A stretch of 64,000 bases of DNA from Heterostelium pallidum (lineage: Eukaryota). The stretch is from positions 965,410 through 1,029,409 of the forward strand of contig NW_008805086.1 in NCBI RefSeq assembly GCF_000004825.1, written 5' to 3'. The stretch's first letter is position 1. Each line of letters opens with the position of its first letter. Shown in pieces: positions 11,488 to 25,035 of this stretch. Position numbers and translations under genes: made by a program. The notes beneath the pieces were generated by a model, which was not told where the DNA came from, made no database searches, and saw only the letters and a program-made list of their open reading frames with translations.

Positions 11488-12887
11488 TTTAAAATAAAAC
11501 TTAATTAAAATAACGAATCAAAAATCAAATATAAATAATTAAAAAGAATCACTAACTTTAAATTATTTTTTTTTTTTTAAAAAAAAAGCAAAACAACAAA
11601 AAAGCATAGCCACATGATAATAAGTATTAGTTTGATGCACCTCTTTAACAATATTTAATGATTAAATCTATAGATTGTTTTATTTTTTTCTTTATTATTA
11701 AATTTTAAATACATATATTGTGTTTTGTTTTTTAAATAACTCTCTTTTGATCCATGTATAACCACATGACCAACAGTCTACCTGTTTGTAGAATAATACC
11801 AAAGAGGTTACGAGGGGTCATAATGTTCACGAATTGATGAACATTATATTTCCTCGATATATTTTCTTTGACATTCGAAACAATGTTGAATTGCTCTAAG
11901 CATTATTAGTTAGCTAAAATAAAACCATTGGTTTTCACCAAATCTTGACAATAATTAAAAGGTTCACGTTTCTCAGCTGCTCTTCTCCTATAGAATTCTC
12001 TGAATGATGATGATGGTTTAACCAGTCAGTTAATTAAAGTTGTTTAAAAGTGAAAAAATAAAATAAATCTATATCTTTATAAATATTACATCCACTATCC
12101 TTTTTAGCCAATCTATGATTACATGTGCTTGTTTATATGTTTATTTTACTTTTTAGTTGAGCAATAGAACTAATTCTGTTATTGAACTCAAACTTTGTAA
12201 TTGTTTCTGTTATTGAAACGCATGCTAATCGGTCATTGTCCAGTAATTAACCTTTATTTACTAATTTACTACATCTCGTATATCTTGGTGATAAATATTC
12301 AAATAATAATTAAATTATAACTATATTTTAAAAGAATGAATTAAGATGTCTGTTTTCTTTTGTTTTGAATGCAAAAAAAAAAAAAACCAATCCCAAAAAA
12401 TAAATAAAAAAAAAAGTTATTTTCAAATGATCCAAACTAACTTGGATATTAGAAAAAGAATCTTTTTTTTTCTTTATCCTCGATTCTTGGTAAAAAACTT
12501 TTGGAATTAAGTTTTCAACCTCTTTTTTAATATGGAGAGAATTTGACTCATTACAACTAAACTATTCTTTTTTGTTTTGACAAAACCAAATTTTTTCATT
12601 TTAATTTTTTTACTTTACAAACCTTCAAAATAAAACAACAAATACAATCTTCAAATTTATTTAATAGTTACTATTTCTTTTTTTTTAATATTATATCTAT
12701 TCTTTTTTATTCTTTATCTTTTCTTTATATTATTATTTATTATTTATTTTATTTGTTTATATATAGTTTTATTAGTTCAAAGTTATTTATTTATAATTTT
12801 TATTTATTATTATTTATTTATATTTATATTTTTATTTATTTTCTATTTATTTTCTATTTATATATTTTTTTATTTATTTTATCAAAT

Positions 12888-14931
12888 ATGTCAACATATA
12901 AAACTATTAGTGATTTAAAACTAGAGGATTTTATCAATAATGAAACTTTTTCAAGTAAATCAAAACAAGAATCACAAGACGCAACCAATCTTCTTTTCCA
13001 TCTTCATAATATTATTCATAGTTTTTATTTAAAAAATATTAATAATTTAAATAATAGTAATTTTAATAATATATCTATTTATATAGAAAAGAATCTTAAT
13101 AATATAAACTCTAAAGATATCTATAATCAATCAGATTCAATAACAATCAATTATCAAACTTTACAATATATTGTAAATAGATTATGTAATAAAAAAGATA
13201 GAGATGAAACAAAAGGAATAAATAAAATATTGGGAAAGGGAGAAATATCTGTATTGGAAGTATATAAAAAAATATCTCTAGAAAATACAAAGTGAGTATC
13301 ATTAAAGTTTTAAAAATAAATTTTGTTTTAAAATCAAACTAATAATAATTTTATATCCAGGAAACAACTTAAGGTGTTTATTAAGGAATACAGGGAGAGT
13401 AAAGTTTTCCAATTATTACCAGTCGATCAAAACAGCAATTATGATACTACTCAAGTTGCAAAACAACTCACAACCAATATAGTAAATCACCTCTCAGTTC
13501 AACTTTCAAATCATATTAGAGATATAATGAAATTATACAATGCAGCAATTAAAGAGCTCCTTCCAGATCCAGAGATAGATCGTACAGAGACCCTTCGATT
13601 TCTTATTAAATACAACATTGTAAGTTTATTTTTTTATTATTTATCAATAATAGAAATATAATTAATATAGTTTTTTTTTTACAATTATTTTTTAGGCATC
13701 AATCTTACCAAATAAAGAAATTAATAAATTGTTGGCAGACAATAAGTTAGAAAATACAGATCCAACTGAGAATATTATAAGAATTATAAATAACAATTTA
13801 GATTATTCAACTCTCAACCTCAGCAAACTATACTCATTTTTTAATGGATATGATTTTGAAAAGCTTCAACAAATGGAGAAAGGTGTATTCACCAACAGCT
13901 GGAAATTTTTTTCAATTGGATTGGGCAGTGTTTTTTTTAAATTTCAAAAAAACATTGAGGAAATAGGTCATCAAGTGGAATTTGCACAGCTTGTTAATTC
14001 TCTGAACCAACATATCGAACATTCTAATTTATTACAAGGTATGTTTAAATATATTTATAATCATTTCTATTAATGATTAAAATTAACTTTTTTAATTATT
14101 TTTTTTTAATAAATAGTTGTAAAAGATGGTAAACAACTCTTGGATGTATTAGGCAAACAAGAAGAGCCATTGTTGGTAAACACGTCTGCTCCAAGAGATA
14201 TCAAATTTACCAACTCGGAAAGCCATTTGGTTATTTGGGTTCGATCAATCTTTAAGAATATCTCAAAATATGGAGATCAGAATTTGGATAAAATTCAAAA
14301 GAGATTATCGTTCTTTATACCAGCAGCACCAACCTCATCAACAACCACAACTGCAACTACTCCAACAACAACAACAACAAAAGTGAGTTTTTTCAATTGT
14401 AATTCCAAGAATCACGAGGCACTTGGATTGGCGAAGCCAACACCGGTAGTAGACAGATATCGAGATACAAATATTTGCAGTACATGTCAGTATCACACCA
14501 ATAACAGAAGAAAAGAAAATCGAAAAGACATTTTAGCAACAGATATAATTAAATCTTTAGGCGATTTGAAACAAGAAGATAATAGTAAAGTAAATCAACT
14601 TTTAGTTATAGTAAAGGATATAATAGTAGAAGTTTTTAAATCAGAGATAAATGACAATTATAATATAGATACTTTAATAGAGATATTAAAGATAGAAAAG
14701 GAGAAGTATGATCATCGCGATAGTAAAAAGAAAAACAAGAAGAATGAGAAGAAGAAAGAGAAGAAGAAGAAAAGCAAACAAAGTTTAAAAAATCTACAAC
14801 CACAACAACAACAACAACAACAACAACCACAACAACAACAACAACAACAACCAACAGTAATCAACAACCTTCTCTACGATCTATATTTGATGATAATGAT
14901 GATTTCGAATTTAAAAGTGATGATCCAATAG
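12888..14931 (+). CDS. Hypothetical protein, 5' portion of a large multi-exon gene. Exons are join(12888..13291,13361..13619,13696..14038,14117..14931); it probably continues into the next feature through a frameshift.
   Basis: ATG at 12888. Introns GTGAGT...CCAG, GTAAGT...TTTAG and GTATGT...AATAG all keep phase. The frame stops at 14931 after a CAA repeat, while a second frame is open from 14748 onward. Confidence 0.5.
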
Positions 14932-14956
14932 TAGCTACAACAACAACAGATTCAAC

Positions 14957-14992
<36 letters not shown>

Positions 14993-15744
14993 TTTAGAAG
15001 GATCAGACCAATCCTATCACCCAGAAGAAACCACTGCCAATGGTTTTTTTGATATCTTGAATTATTTCTCCCGAATGCCACTTCCATCAGGTAGCTCCAA
15101 AGATACTAGTGCTAGCCGTGCAGATCAATTGCAAGATCTGCAGATGACTGAAAAACCAATCTCTCCGTATTCTCTCAGTGAAGGACCACCGGATCCAGAT
15201 GTAATATTCGTATCAGACCACCTTGATTCAAAGGTTCACCAAAAGAGAAGGTTGAATGAGAATACCATATACTACGATATTAAAAGTTGCTCTTGGCTTT
15301 TTGTAGATCCATCCAACTCAAAGGATTTGTCTGATGAGCAGCTCCTATCAATCAAGGTGAACCGTATAAAGCAAATCCTACAACTTGGTAAAGGTACCTT
15401 CTTTCTTTGTGGTATAGCATTATGGAAACTTCTCCGAGTTCTTATCACGAATGAAGAGGTCAAGATCACCAATAGAGATCATTGGTATACATCAATGAAA
15501 TTGACTTGTAGCTTTGCCGGTCGCTCCATCACATTATTTCTGTTATCAGATCCTTGTCATTCATCAACAATAACAAAACAAGGATTCCAACATTATTCAA
15601 ACTGGAAAAAGGATACAGCTATAAATATCATCGACTCGGAGGCAAAACCAACTACAACCACCACCATCTCCAAATCTCCTCATATCAACAAAAGCAATAG
15701 AAATAGGAGATTGATATTTATCAATAACAAGGTTGTAGAGAGTG

Positions 15745-15780
<36 letters not shown>

Positions 15781-18700
15781 TTTCAACTCAATATTGTAGT
15801 GGTGATGATAAGATGATTCATGAAGATAAAGAAACATTAGGTACCGATCAATGTATGGAGGATGATGTCTCTAACGATACTTCAAATGAATCTATTATTT
15901 CAGCTAATGACCCACCAACACCAACCACTACTACCACTACCACTACTACCACTTCCACTTCCACTACTACTAATAATAATAATGACTATTACAAATTCTT
16001 TAATATTCGTAATAGATCAATGTCATTCACTCTATTTCCTAGTGTAGATTTGTAAGTATACTTTTTAATTATTCAAAGATCTAATATTCACTGACATTAA
16101 TTTTTTTTTATTTTTTTTTTTTTAAATAGATTTAATCCATTCAGTTTGATGTATTCTGCCAAAGACATTAGAAGAATCATCAAAGCCGAGGATGGTATGA
16201 CTGATATCCAAGTTATAAGATCTATTTTAAAAGTAGATTTCCTCAGGAGAATATTTGAAGCCAATCCGATCGATGTACATATCAGAACAAACGGTTATTC
16301 AGGTGGTGTTGTGTTTAAAAGCAAATCAAAAAAAGTTCAAAAACAATACGAATTGAGTAAGTTGATAGATATTTATAATCTAGTTTGTATTTTTTTTTTA
16401 CTAATCAATTTTTTTATTTTATTTTTTTTTAAAGTTGGTTTAAAAGACATAAAAGATAAAGAAGTACTTACTGAAGAACAATTTGAACAACTTGGTGTAG
16501 TAGTATGTGATCCAGCACCAAACCACAATGTTTGGTTAAATAACAAACATCCGTTTGCAAACGGTGATTATTCTTTCCGAAAGAATGTCATTGACGTGAA
16601 GTCTTCAACGCATCACTTTCAATCCGAGTCTGGTCTGAACAAACACAAAAAGAATAAGCTACTCGGTCACGATTTAATGAAATGGCAGTCTGACATACCT
16701 TCAGTCAAAGGTAATATCATTTTTCACAAGATTATCAAATTTTGTTTATCTTACTAACTATAAATACTATTTATTTTGATTTTTTTTTATCATAGGGTCC
16801 AGTACAAACAATATTACAGATCTTGTAATATATGAAAAACGATTGGAATTTATATTCAAATCGGTTTTTTTACCACCAGAACAAAGAAGTTCAGATATCA
16901 AACCATATGGTACTCTAAGGGCAGTCGGAGAAGAGAAAAAGAAAGAGCAACGAGTCTGCCTCTCAAACAACACCACCATTCCATATCACTCAAACCAGCA
17001 TAAATCCGTCTTCCATCAGTATCGACAATGTCATGGTGATGCGTGGCAAAAGGTTGATTTGGATCGATCGCGATCAAAGAAGCACAGTGAATCATTAAAT
17101 TCGAAAAAATTGTTCAACTTTGCATTGCAATCGATTCCTATCAAGCAGTTAACTCATGATCCAATGCAGATCGATTCCACCGATCCCAATGATCCAAAGC
17201 AGATCGACTCCACCGATTCCAATACTCCAAAGCGCGTGCCAAAGTTGGTATTCAAGGGTAACAATGTACCCATCCAATCCGACAGGGAATCATCTCAAGA
17301 GAAAAGTGGTGCCAATAAGATGAAGCTACGACGCGTTGGATCTCCCATCAAAGTGAGAAAAGTATATATTCACTTACTTCGAGAACACCTCGGCAAGCTT
17401 GACGATGGCTCACTGGAGCGATTCATGGATCGATTCAAATTTGTGCTAGATATAACCTATTTGCAAGATGATTTTACGAATCTACAGAAAGAAGCATTGC
17501 TAAAGTTCCTCAAGGATCACAAACTCGAGTTCCTCGAACCAATCGACGAGTCCAATGTACGATTAATTGATATACAGACTGCAATTCACTATTATGGAGT
17601 GGAGCTCATCCAACAAGCAATGGATATATGGAAATTCTTTAAGTTTACCGAACCATTGCCAGGTAATCAAGGTGTGGAAAAAGAAGTAGATTTCAAAGAT
17701 GGCATAAATAGAGTCGAACAAATTACAACAACTTTCAGGAACCAAGCGTTTCAAAAGTTTTGGTTCAGACGTATTCATTTCGAACGGTGCAAATGGCTAA
17801 AGGATCATGGAATTAAGATCATGCCAGATAGTGTCGGAGGTCACTGGATTAGACCAAATCAATCAAAAGTGGACGCCAATGAAGACAGTATTTACCAACT
17901 ATTACCAGTCTTTAACGGCTTGACAATTTTGGTCATGGTATCTAACGGTACAGATGAAGGAAAAAAGGTAGAAAGAACATTAATCGGTCGAATTAAATTG
18001 AATGGTGGAAAGTACACTAGGGATGTAAATGGCACATTCAACTTTATGGTTACTGACAAGAAAGATTGGGACAGCACACCAAACAAAAAGGCGAGAGAGA
18101 TCTGTAAGGTGAAGAATATTCCAGTAGTTTCCAATGCCACTTATATTACAGATTGCCTGAGACAACATGTGTATCTACCTCTACTATCGTATGATCTGTC
18201 GTCAGCTGCCAACACTACCAGTAGTGCTGCGAAGGTTTCACCAAGCAAGAAGAGTGGTTCCAAGACAGCTACCAACACTACCAGTAGTGATGCGAAGGTG
18301 ACACCAACCAACAAGCGTATCGACTCACCCGCTCCCTCCATACCGGATCTTCAAACAAAAAAGAAGTCCAAGAAGACCGACAATACCGACAAGAAGTCTA
18401 TCGATAGCGATGAAGACAAAGACAATCATCCGAAATCCCGAAAGAAATCAAGTAAGTAATTAACTATTTGTTATTTTTCAAATTAAAACAGTTCATTAAT
18501 ACCAATATAAACACTTTCATTCTTTATAGAGAATAAGAAAAGAGGTAGATGGAAGTGTTTATGTTGTGGAAAAACCAACAATTTCAAACGATTTACTGAT
18601 GTACATTACAAAGTTCTCCACTGCAATCACTGTTTATTGGTACACATCCCTTTTAAAGATCGAAAAGCTGCCAAAGAATCAGTTGATAAAACTAGAGTCG

Positions 18701-19431
18701 GTAAGTATCATAGTTGAAAAATAAAAAATAACAACTGTTTTTTGATTAATCTTTTTTTTTTCACACATTTAGTTATTGGTGCTGGTTGTGGTAATTTAAA
18801 TCATATTCAACGAATGAAAGGTGTGAAATATAGTCCTGCCACGGAAAGAATCACCGAATCTCTCCAAAGATACAGTTTCAGTGTTTCGAAAACAAACATG
18901 AAAATATCAATTTCCAACGAGTTCAATACATCACAAGTAGGTTTTAACTGTTTAATATCAATTGTTTTTTTATATTTTTACTAATAAAATAATTATTTTT
19001 TTTTAAATTTTTAGGTGTTTGGTCCAAACATCGATAAACTAGAAAATGACTTTGTTTCAGCAATCAACAAACCAGTTTCAAACGAGTGGACGCAGGCAAA
19101 GAAAGATGAAGAGCTCCATTCGTTATATAACCTAGCCAAGGTCAAACCCCCAGGAGAGAGTAAATCATATAAACCAAAAGATACCAAGAGGGTATATAAC
19201 AAGTCATTCTCTGTTCGGTTGTACACTGGAAACGATGACCAAGGCCAGCCTAAAGATATTTTTATCAATAGAGATATTCTTGCATGTACAAACATGATGG
19301 CAATTGCTAAGGCCTATTTTTGTGGAAAGCAACGTCCACAACTTTTAGCACCATTCACCAGTCAACCTATTATTAATACCCCGGGCAAGGAATGTCCACG
19401 ACAAAATTTGATTTCTGCGTTTACGCAGTAA
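14748..19431 (+). CDS. Hypothetical protein, 3' portion of the same large gene. Exons are join(14748..16051,16130..16356,16435..16710,16796..18451,18530..18700,18773..18936,19015..19431).
   Basis: Seven exons joined in phase through six AT-rich introns, all GTAAGT, GTAATA or GTAGGT donors with AG acceptors. It includes a Cys/His-rich exon CLCCGKTNNFKRFTDVHYKVLHCNHCLLVH, a VIGAGCGNLNH motif and a duplicated 'PMQIDSTDPNDPK / QIDSTDSNTPK' block. No ATG lies between 14748 and 15075. Confidence 0.5.
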
Positions 19432-19827
19432 GTATTGAAATTTTTTTTTTTAAAAAACAAAAAGCACAATTTACTAATTTTTTTCTGTTTTTCAAGAGAA
19501 TAAATCAAATGCTATAAAAAATATTAATTTGTTTTATTTAATTAATTTTCATCTGAGTTTAAATTTAATTAAACTTAAGTGTAATTTTCCAAAAGAATGT
19601 ATTATTATTACTCTCAATATGAAAACCATCTTTATATTTTATATAGAAAGATTTATCTTTATTAACTCAAGATCAATACATTATAATGAAAAAAGACTTG
19701 CTCCAAACCAGAAAAGATTGTAGAGTGGTAATAATAAATAAATACTGTTTTATTACAAAATAAATAAAAGCATCATTAATTGAATTTTTAGAAACCAAGA
19801 ACATAAAAACCTGGTATAGTTTTTTTT

Positions 19828-21269
19828 TTATGGAAGACATGCACATTTGACACCTGTGACATCAAAGATAACTGGGAATTTACCGACGGTAACAGTTGCA
19901 GTGCAGTCAAAACCAACACAGGTCCATTTGAATCCAGAGTTTACCCATTGACCATCCATGTTAGCGTATGGTGTGGTGTACCAGACTTTGACTAGATCGA
20001 GTGGAACCACCGATTGTGTGGTGAGAGTGGTTGTGACGGTGGCAGCATTGTTCGATGACCAGGCAGAAATGACTCTGTGTTGAGCACCACCAGTCAAGTT
20101 ACGGTAGAATGCCAGCTTGTAGAGCGAACCCGATGCCAAGACACTCTTGGTGGCGTCGTAGGTGTAGTTGGAAATGAATGGTGTTATCGACTTCATTGTG
20201 AAGTACGCTGGCTTTGGTGACCAATTGTGATCGAGCAAACCAAAGTTGTGCTCACGATCGTAAAAGTCGACACCGTCATCAAAGATATCGTACCACCACA
20301 TACCCTTGATGTTTGGAATGACACGTGCCAAGAAGTAGACTCTAGCCAAGTAGGCAGCTTGAATCTCAAGGGTGGATCCACAAGTCGATGGATGCGATGA
20401 TGGCCATGTCATTTCGGTGATGTACAATGGAGTGGCTACACCATTTCTGAGACCAGTCCATCTTGTGTTTGTTAGGTTGACCCAACGGAACCAAACCTCC
20501 GGAGTGTTGTCGGTACCACCACAAAAATTGTATGGATGGATCGAGAGACCATCGACCTTTGTAGCTAAACCTTGTTGAATGACACGGTCACCAAATAATT
20601 GGTCCATACCATCAGAGGTAATACAACCACCAAGAATCTTGGCATTTGGATCGTTAGCTCTAATAACTGGAATTGCTGCATTGGCCAATTGCATATAGTG
20701 AGTTGCAGTATTTGGATTTCCTGGATCATCTAAATCCCACTCATTCCCTATATATCAACAATTTTATAAATATTTTAGTAATTACTATTTGTGAATTATT
20801 TTATAATAATAATTTACTTACAAACTTCATAGAATTGAACTTTTCCTTTGTATTTGTTTACAACCCATTGGACATAGTTGGTAAAGGCAACTGTGATATT
20901 GGTACCTTGTGGTTTCTGGCCGTTGTTGTAATGTTGATTTCCATTACCGAGGATGAACAACTTGCTGAGCGATGTTCTTGGTTGGAGAGCAACCATAAAG
21001 TCATTGAACTCGTAGATCTCGGTTAATTGACCCTTTACAAACTCGACAGAACTCCAGTATGGTGTGTCACGCACCGATGCCAATCCAGCTCCGATGGCAG
21101 CATCCAATGGTGGCGTAACAGTGGTAAGCGAGACAGGTGGTGACATCAAGTGGGTGCACACACCAACAATGAAATCGTTATCTCCATTCACAATGAGTGT
21201 TGAACTCAATGAAAGAATAAAGATAACAGATAATACCGATAGCTTAAAGATATTATTATTTTTATTCAT
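19828..21269 (-). CDS. Secreted clan GH-A (GH5-like TIM-barrel) glycoside hydrolase. Exons are complement(join(19828..20747,20822..21269)).
   Basis: N-terminal signal peptide MNKNNNIFKLSVLSVIFILSLSS. A 74-nt GTAAGT...TATAG intron (20748-20821) lies just before the catalytic acid/base motif FYEV|WNEWD. Nucleophile motif LYITEMTW; also NFGLLD. The Cys-containing C-terminal module may bind carbohydrate. Confidence 0.75.
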
Positions 21270-22367
21270 ACTTTTTAATTAAATAAAGTAGTTTGAGATT
21301 TAATTCCCATGATCATGATTTTCTACAAATTTATAGCCTATGACTTGGAATGGAATCAATCAAATTGAACCACCCCAAATCGTGTCGGTTTGCATCAATC
21401 CCGTTGCTCATGGTTTGCGTAACAAGATACTTTCCCCTTTCCGAGCTTGAGATAGGGGTTCTGCAAAAATTTGGTGGCGTTTTACAAAAAATCTTCATTC
21501 TAACAAAAATCTTATAGCGTCAAAACAAAACAACTAAATTCATATAAAAACAGGGATTAGTTTTAATCGATATTAATGAATAATATATGATCAAATAAAA
21601 ATAATGATATAGATATTTACAAATAATAAGATTGAACTAAATTTTAGTCTTATTTTGGTAATTTATTTTGCTGAATATAATCATAATTGTTTATGCTTTG
21701 AATGATGTTGACATTATTGACAACTTGACATATTAATTGTTATTTTTCAAAGAATGAATATGATGATCTTTGGATGAGAAGATCGATATTTTTTATTTAT
21801 TTTTTAACAATACCAGTAATTACAAAACATGATTATTTTTTTATTATTATTATTTATTATTTAATTGGTTATAATTTATGTTTTTATTTTACTTATTTTT
21901 TTTTCAATTTTAAAAAGATCACTTAAAAGTCACCTATAGGAACATGTGAAAAATTATTTGTTGGTTGCTAATCACAATTTTGGGGAAACGAATAAAAATA
22001 AAGATATTCCTTTTTTTTTTTTTTTTTTTGAATCTATTATTTTTTATTTGAATAATTCAAACACAATTTGTAGAAAATCCCTCCAAAAATTTGAAAATTT
22101 GAATTTTTTAGAACCGTTTTTATTTTTTTTTATTAAAATTCATTGATAGTGATTGCTCACAAAGTTACCAAAATTTATACAAAAAATTAAATAATTTTAT
22201 ATTATTACATTATTACTTTTTTTTAAAAAAATTAAAGCTAGAAAAAGAATTTCGATAAAATAATAATAATAATAATAGATAAACAACATAACAATTGTAA
22301 AATATAAAAAAAACAAAAACAATAGAATTTAATAGTAGCTACTTGTAATAGGAAGCGGTGAGAAGAA

Positions 22368-23231
22368 ATGTCATTAGCAGTTGTACAACAATTATATAAT
22401 CTATCAGTTGATCCAGATCATAGAGAGATGATCGTCAAGGATCAAGGATGTCTACCGGCTTTGGTGTTGTTCCTCTCGTCTACGGAGGAGGGTGTCGCCA
22501 AGACATCGATTGACACGCTCGAGTTGCTCTCACAGAACCAAGCCAACAAAGATCACATGCTTCGCGAACCAGCTCTACTCTCATCACTGAAATCTCTACA
22601 AGAAAAAATAGAATATAAAGATACAATTTTAAAGATTATAAACAGATTAGAAGTAACAACAAATGATAATATAAATAATAACAGCAAGAGCAATAATATC
22701 AATTTGAATAATAATATAAATAATTTCACAACAACACCATCAAATAAACCTGCCACATCATTTTCAGTTTTGGTGGGTGATAAATTTGGAACTGGTGGTT
22801 CGAAAGTTGCTACCAATAGCAATGCCAATGCCAAAACAATCATTTTGTTCATCAAGGGAATGAACAACGAGTCGTCAAAGAAGCAGGTCGAGGACTGTCT
22901 GTTGCGTACCAAGGGTGTTATCTCGTTCATGATCGACCTCAACACCTACCAGGCCACCATTCGTTGTACTATCACCGCCGATGAGATCAAAGCGGTGCTT
23001 CGTTACCAACTCGGTCTCTCGGCATCGCTGATGATCGATGGTCGCGAAGAAGTAGACAACTCACCCGACTATCTCCCAGAGGACAACCCGGCATTTGCCA
23101 ACCAGCCAAAGAGATCTGCATGGGGATGGAACTCCATTGTCTCATTCGGTATCTCCAACGACACCAACAACAACAAACAACCACAAGGAAACTGGGGTTG
23201 GGGTTCCATTTCCAAAGCACTGTTTGGTTAG
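22368..23231 (+). CDS. ARM-repeat plus HMA-like domain protein (ARMC1-like), 287 aa.
   Basis: Single ORF with ATG in an agaaATGt context. The N-terminal half has armadillo-like helical repeats (GCLPALVLFLSSTEEGVAKTSIDTLELL). The C-terminal half has a heavy-metal-associated-like fold (TIILFIKGMNNESSKKQVEDCLLRTKGVISFMIDLNTYQATIRCTI). Confidence 0.5.
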   Translation: MSLAVVQQLYNLSVDPDHREMIVKDQGCLPALVLFLSSTEEGVAKTSIDTLELLSQNQANKDHMLREPALLSSLKSLQEKIEYKDTILKIINRLEVTTNDNINNNSKSNNINLNNNINNFTTTPSNKPATSFSVLVGDKFGTGGSKVATNSNANAKTIILFIKGMNNESSKKQVEDCLLRTKGVISFMIDLNTYQATIRCTITADEIKAVLRYQLGLSASLMIDGREEVDNSPDYLPEDNPAFANQPKRSAWGWNSIVSFGISNDTNNNKQPQGNWGWGSISKALFG

Positions 23232-23294
23232 ATTAAAAATGATAATATTATCAATATTTAATATTAAAACAATCAAAATCAATTAACAACTAAA

Positions 23295-23296
23295 CC

Positions 23297-23360
<64 letters not shown>

Positions 23361-23385
23361 TAATAATAATAATAATAATCATAAT
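23295..23385. repeat. (CAA)n microsatellite of ~21 units followed by (ATA)n, in the 3' flank of the ARMC1-like gene.
   Basis: Direct reading shows 'caacaacaacaa...' running into 'taataataataataataat'. Confidence 0.9.
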
Positions 23386-23757
23386 AACAATAATGTATCA
23401 AAGTTTTTTGTTCTTTTGTTGAAAAGAATAAGATCTATTCAACTTCTTCATCTATCTTTCTTTCTTTCTTTCTTTATTTCTTAAATTAAACTATTCATTT
23501 ATCAATACATATTATATAATTTAATAAACTAAAAAATTAACTTTAAATTTAAAATAAATAACTAAATCTGTTTATTATTTTATACGCATTATACTACTAT
23601 ATATTTATTATATTAATTATATTATCTATACAAAGAATGATCTATCGATTCTTTTTTGACCTGGTTCACCAAATGCTGCAACTAAATGAAGAATTAAACT
23701 ATAATAATAAAATAAGTATCAGTGTTAGTTAGAATGATGTTAAAAATACAAAACAAA

Positions 23758-24285
23758 TTAGCTATTGGTGATCTCTGTTGTTGATTGATTTACATACCAA
23801 TATAAATAAATAAAGAATGAAACTATGTAGAATGCAGTTTTCAAAGAGAATCTTCTCTTGTACTGTGGTAACACTCTGTAGATCTCTGTTGCGAATACTT
23901 TGTGTTGACCGTTCACCATCCAATAGATATGTAATCCAAACAAAGGCATGTTCATGAGAACCAAATAGAGATTAAAGTGTAGCAGTAACACCACTGACAA
24001 TAAACAATGAATTACATTCTCCAATCTAATAATCGGGTTCAATCTTCTTGCCAGATCAATTGGATCTACTAAATCAGATTCTAAATCTGTAAGTGCAACT
24101 ACCTTTGAAATTTTGATAATATATATATATATATTTAAGAAGTTAATTTCAAAAAAATATAAAATTGGACATAGATCAATAAAAGATTAAGTTTAACCTG
24201 TACATACACTAAAAACAGCAAAAAATACAAGAATTGATGTAACAACCAATATGAATATCCAAAATAGTAGTCCCAAATCTAACAT
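23758..24285 (-). CDS. Cornichon family protein (ER cargo receptor), 142 aa. Exons are complement(join(23758..24098,24198..24285)).
   Basis: A TM-rich first exon (MLDLGLLFWIFILVVTSILVFFAVFSVCT) is joined through a 99-nt GTTAAA...GGTAG intron containing (AT)7. Exon 2 matches cornichon: DLESDLVDPIDLARRLNP...LNMPLFGLHIYWMV...FYIVSFFIYLYWYV. Confidence 0.8.
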
Positions 24286-25035
24286 TTTAATTATTTGTTA
24301 ATTAATTAAACGTAGCAATAAAATTTTTTGTCACCACCCTCTTAAAACATTATTGAAGTTCAAAGTGTAAAAAAACAACCACATTTTTATTTAAAAATTA
24401 AAATAAAATAAAAAATAATTATTTTTACTAATCTCTATTCATTATCATGATTGTAGATTAACTAAACAACAATGTATCATAAAAATAATAATAATATTCA
24501 TAATTAATAAATAAATATAAAGATATATTTAAAAATGTTATTAAATACAATATAAAAATGTAAAGATAAACATAAAAATAAAAAAGTTCTAGAACTTTAG
24601 AATTAAAAATAATTAGCAGCAGTTAATTGATTCCTATCTCTTTTAAAGGTACTATCTTTCAATCTATTCTTAATAAAAAATAAATATGTTGTGAAATCAA
24701 ATTATTATTTAGTAAAGGAAATCGAATCAACACACTTTTTCTTGTGGAATGGGTAAAGTCGGTGGAAGTAAAAAAAAGAACACTTGAATAGATCTTAGAA
24801 TTGAAATTTTTTCGTGACAAATTAACGAAAAGATTTGAATGTGTTGTTCGACATTTTTTGTATTAACGAAATAATCTCAGTGTACATCGACGTTTTCAGA
24901 TCTTCACCAAAGTTTTTCTATAAATTGCAAGAACATGAATTCATTGATTTCATTTAAAAAAACAAAAAACAATTAATTAATTAAAAATTAAATTATACCT
25001 ATTTATTATTGAAAATAAATAAATAAATAAATAAA

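Noticed and set aside
14706-14783. A purine-rich GTATGA...CAAAG 'intron' that would join the two out-of-frame ORFs of the large gene.
   Set aside because: With exact coordinates the donor splits a codon after 2 nt while the acceptor delivers phase 0, so the frames do not join. The composition (GAA/AAG repeats) is also unlike the AT-rich introns elsewhere in the window. A 1-nt indel in the A6 run explains the data better.
24099-24104. An alternative cornichon acceptor four nt upstream (caaag|gtag).
   Set aside because: It gives an immediate in-frame stop. The ggtag| acceptor at 24100-24099 restores the conserved cornichon sequence.
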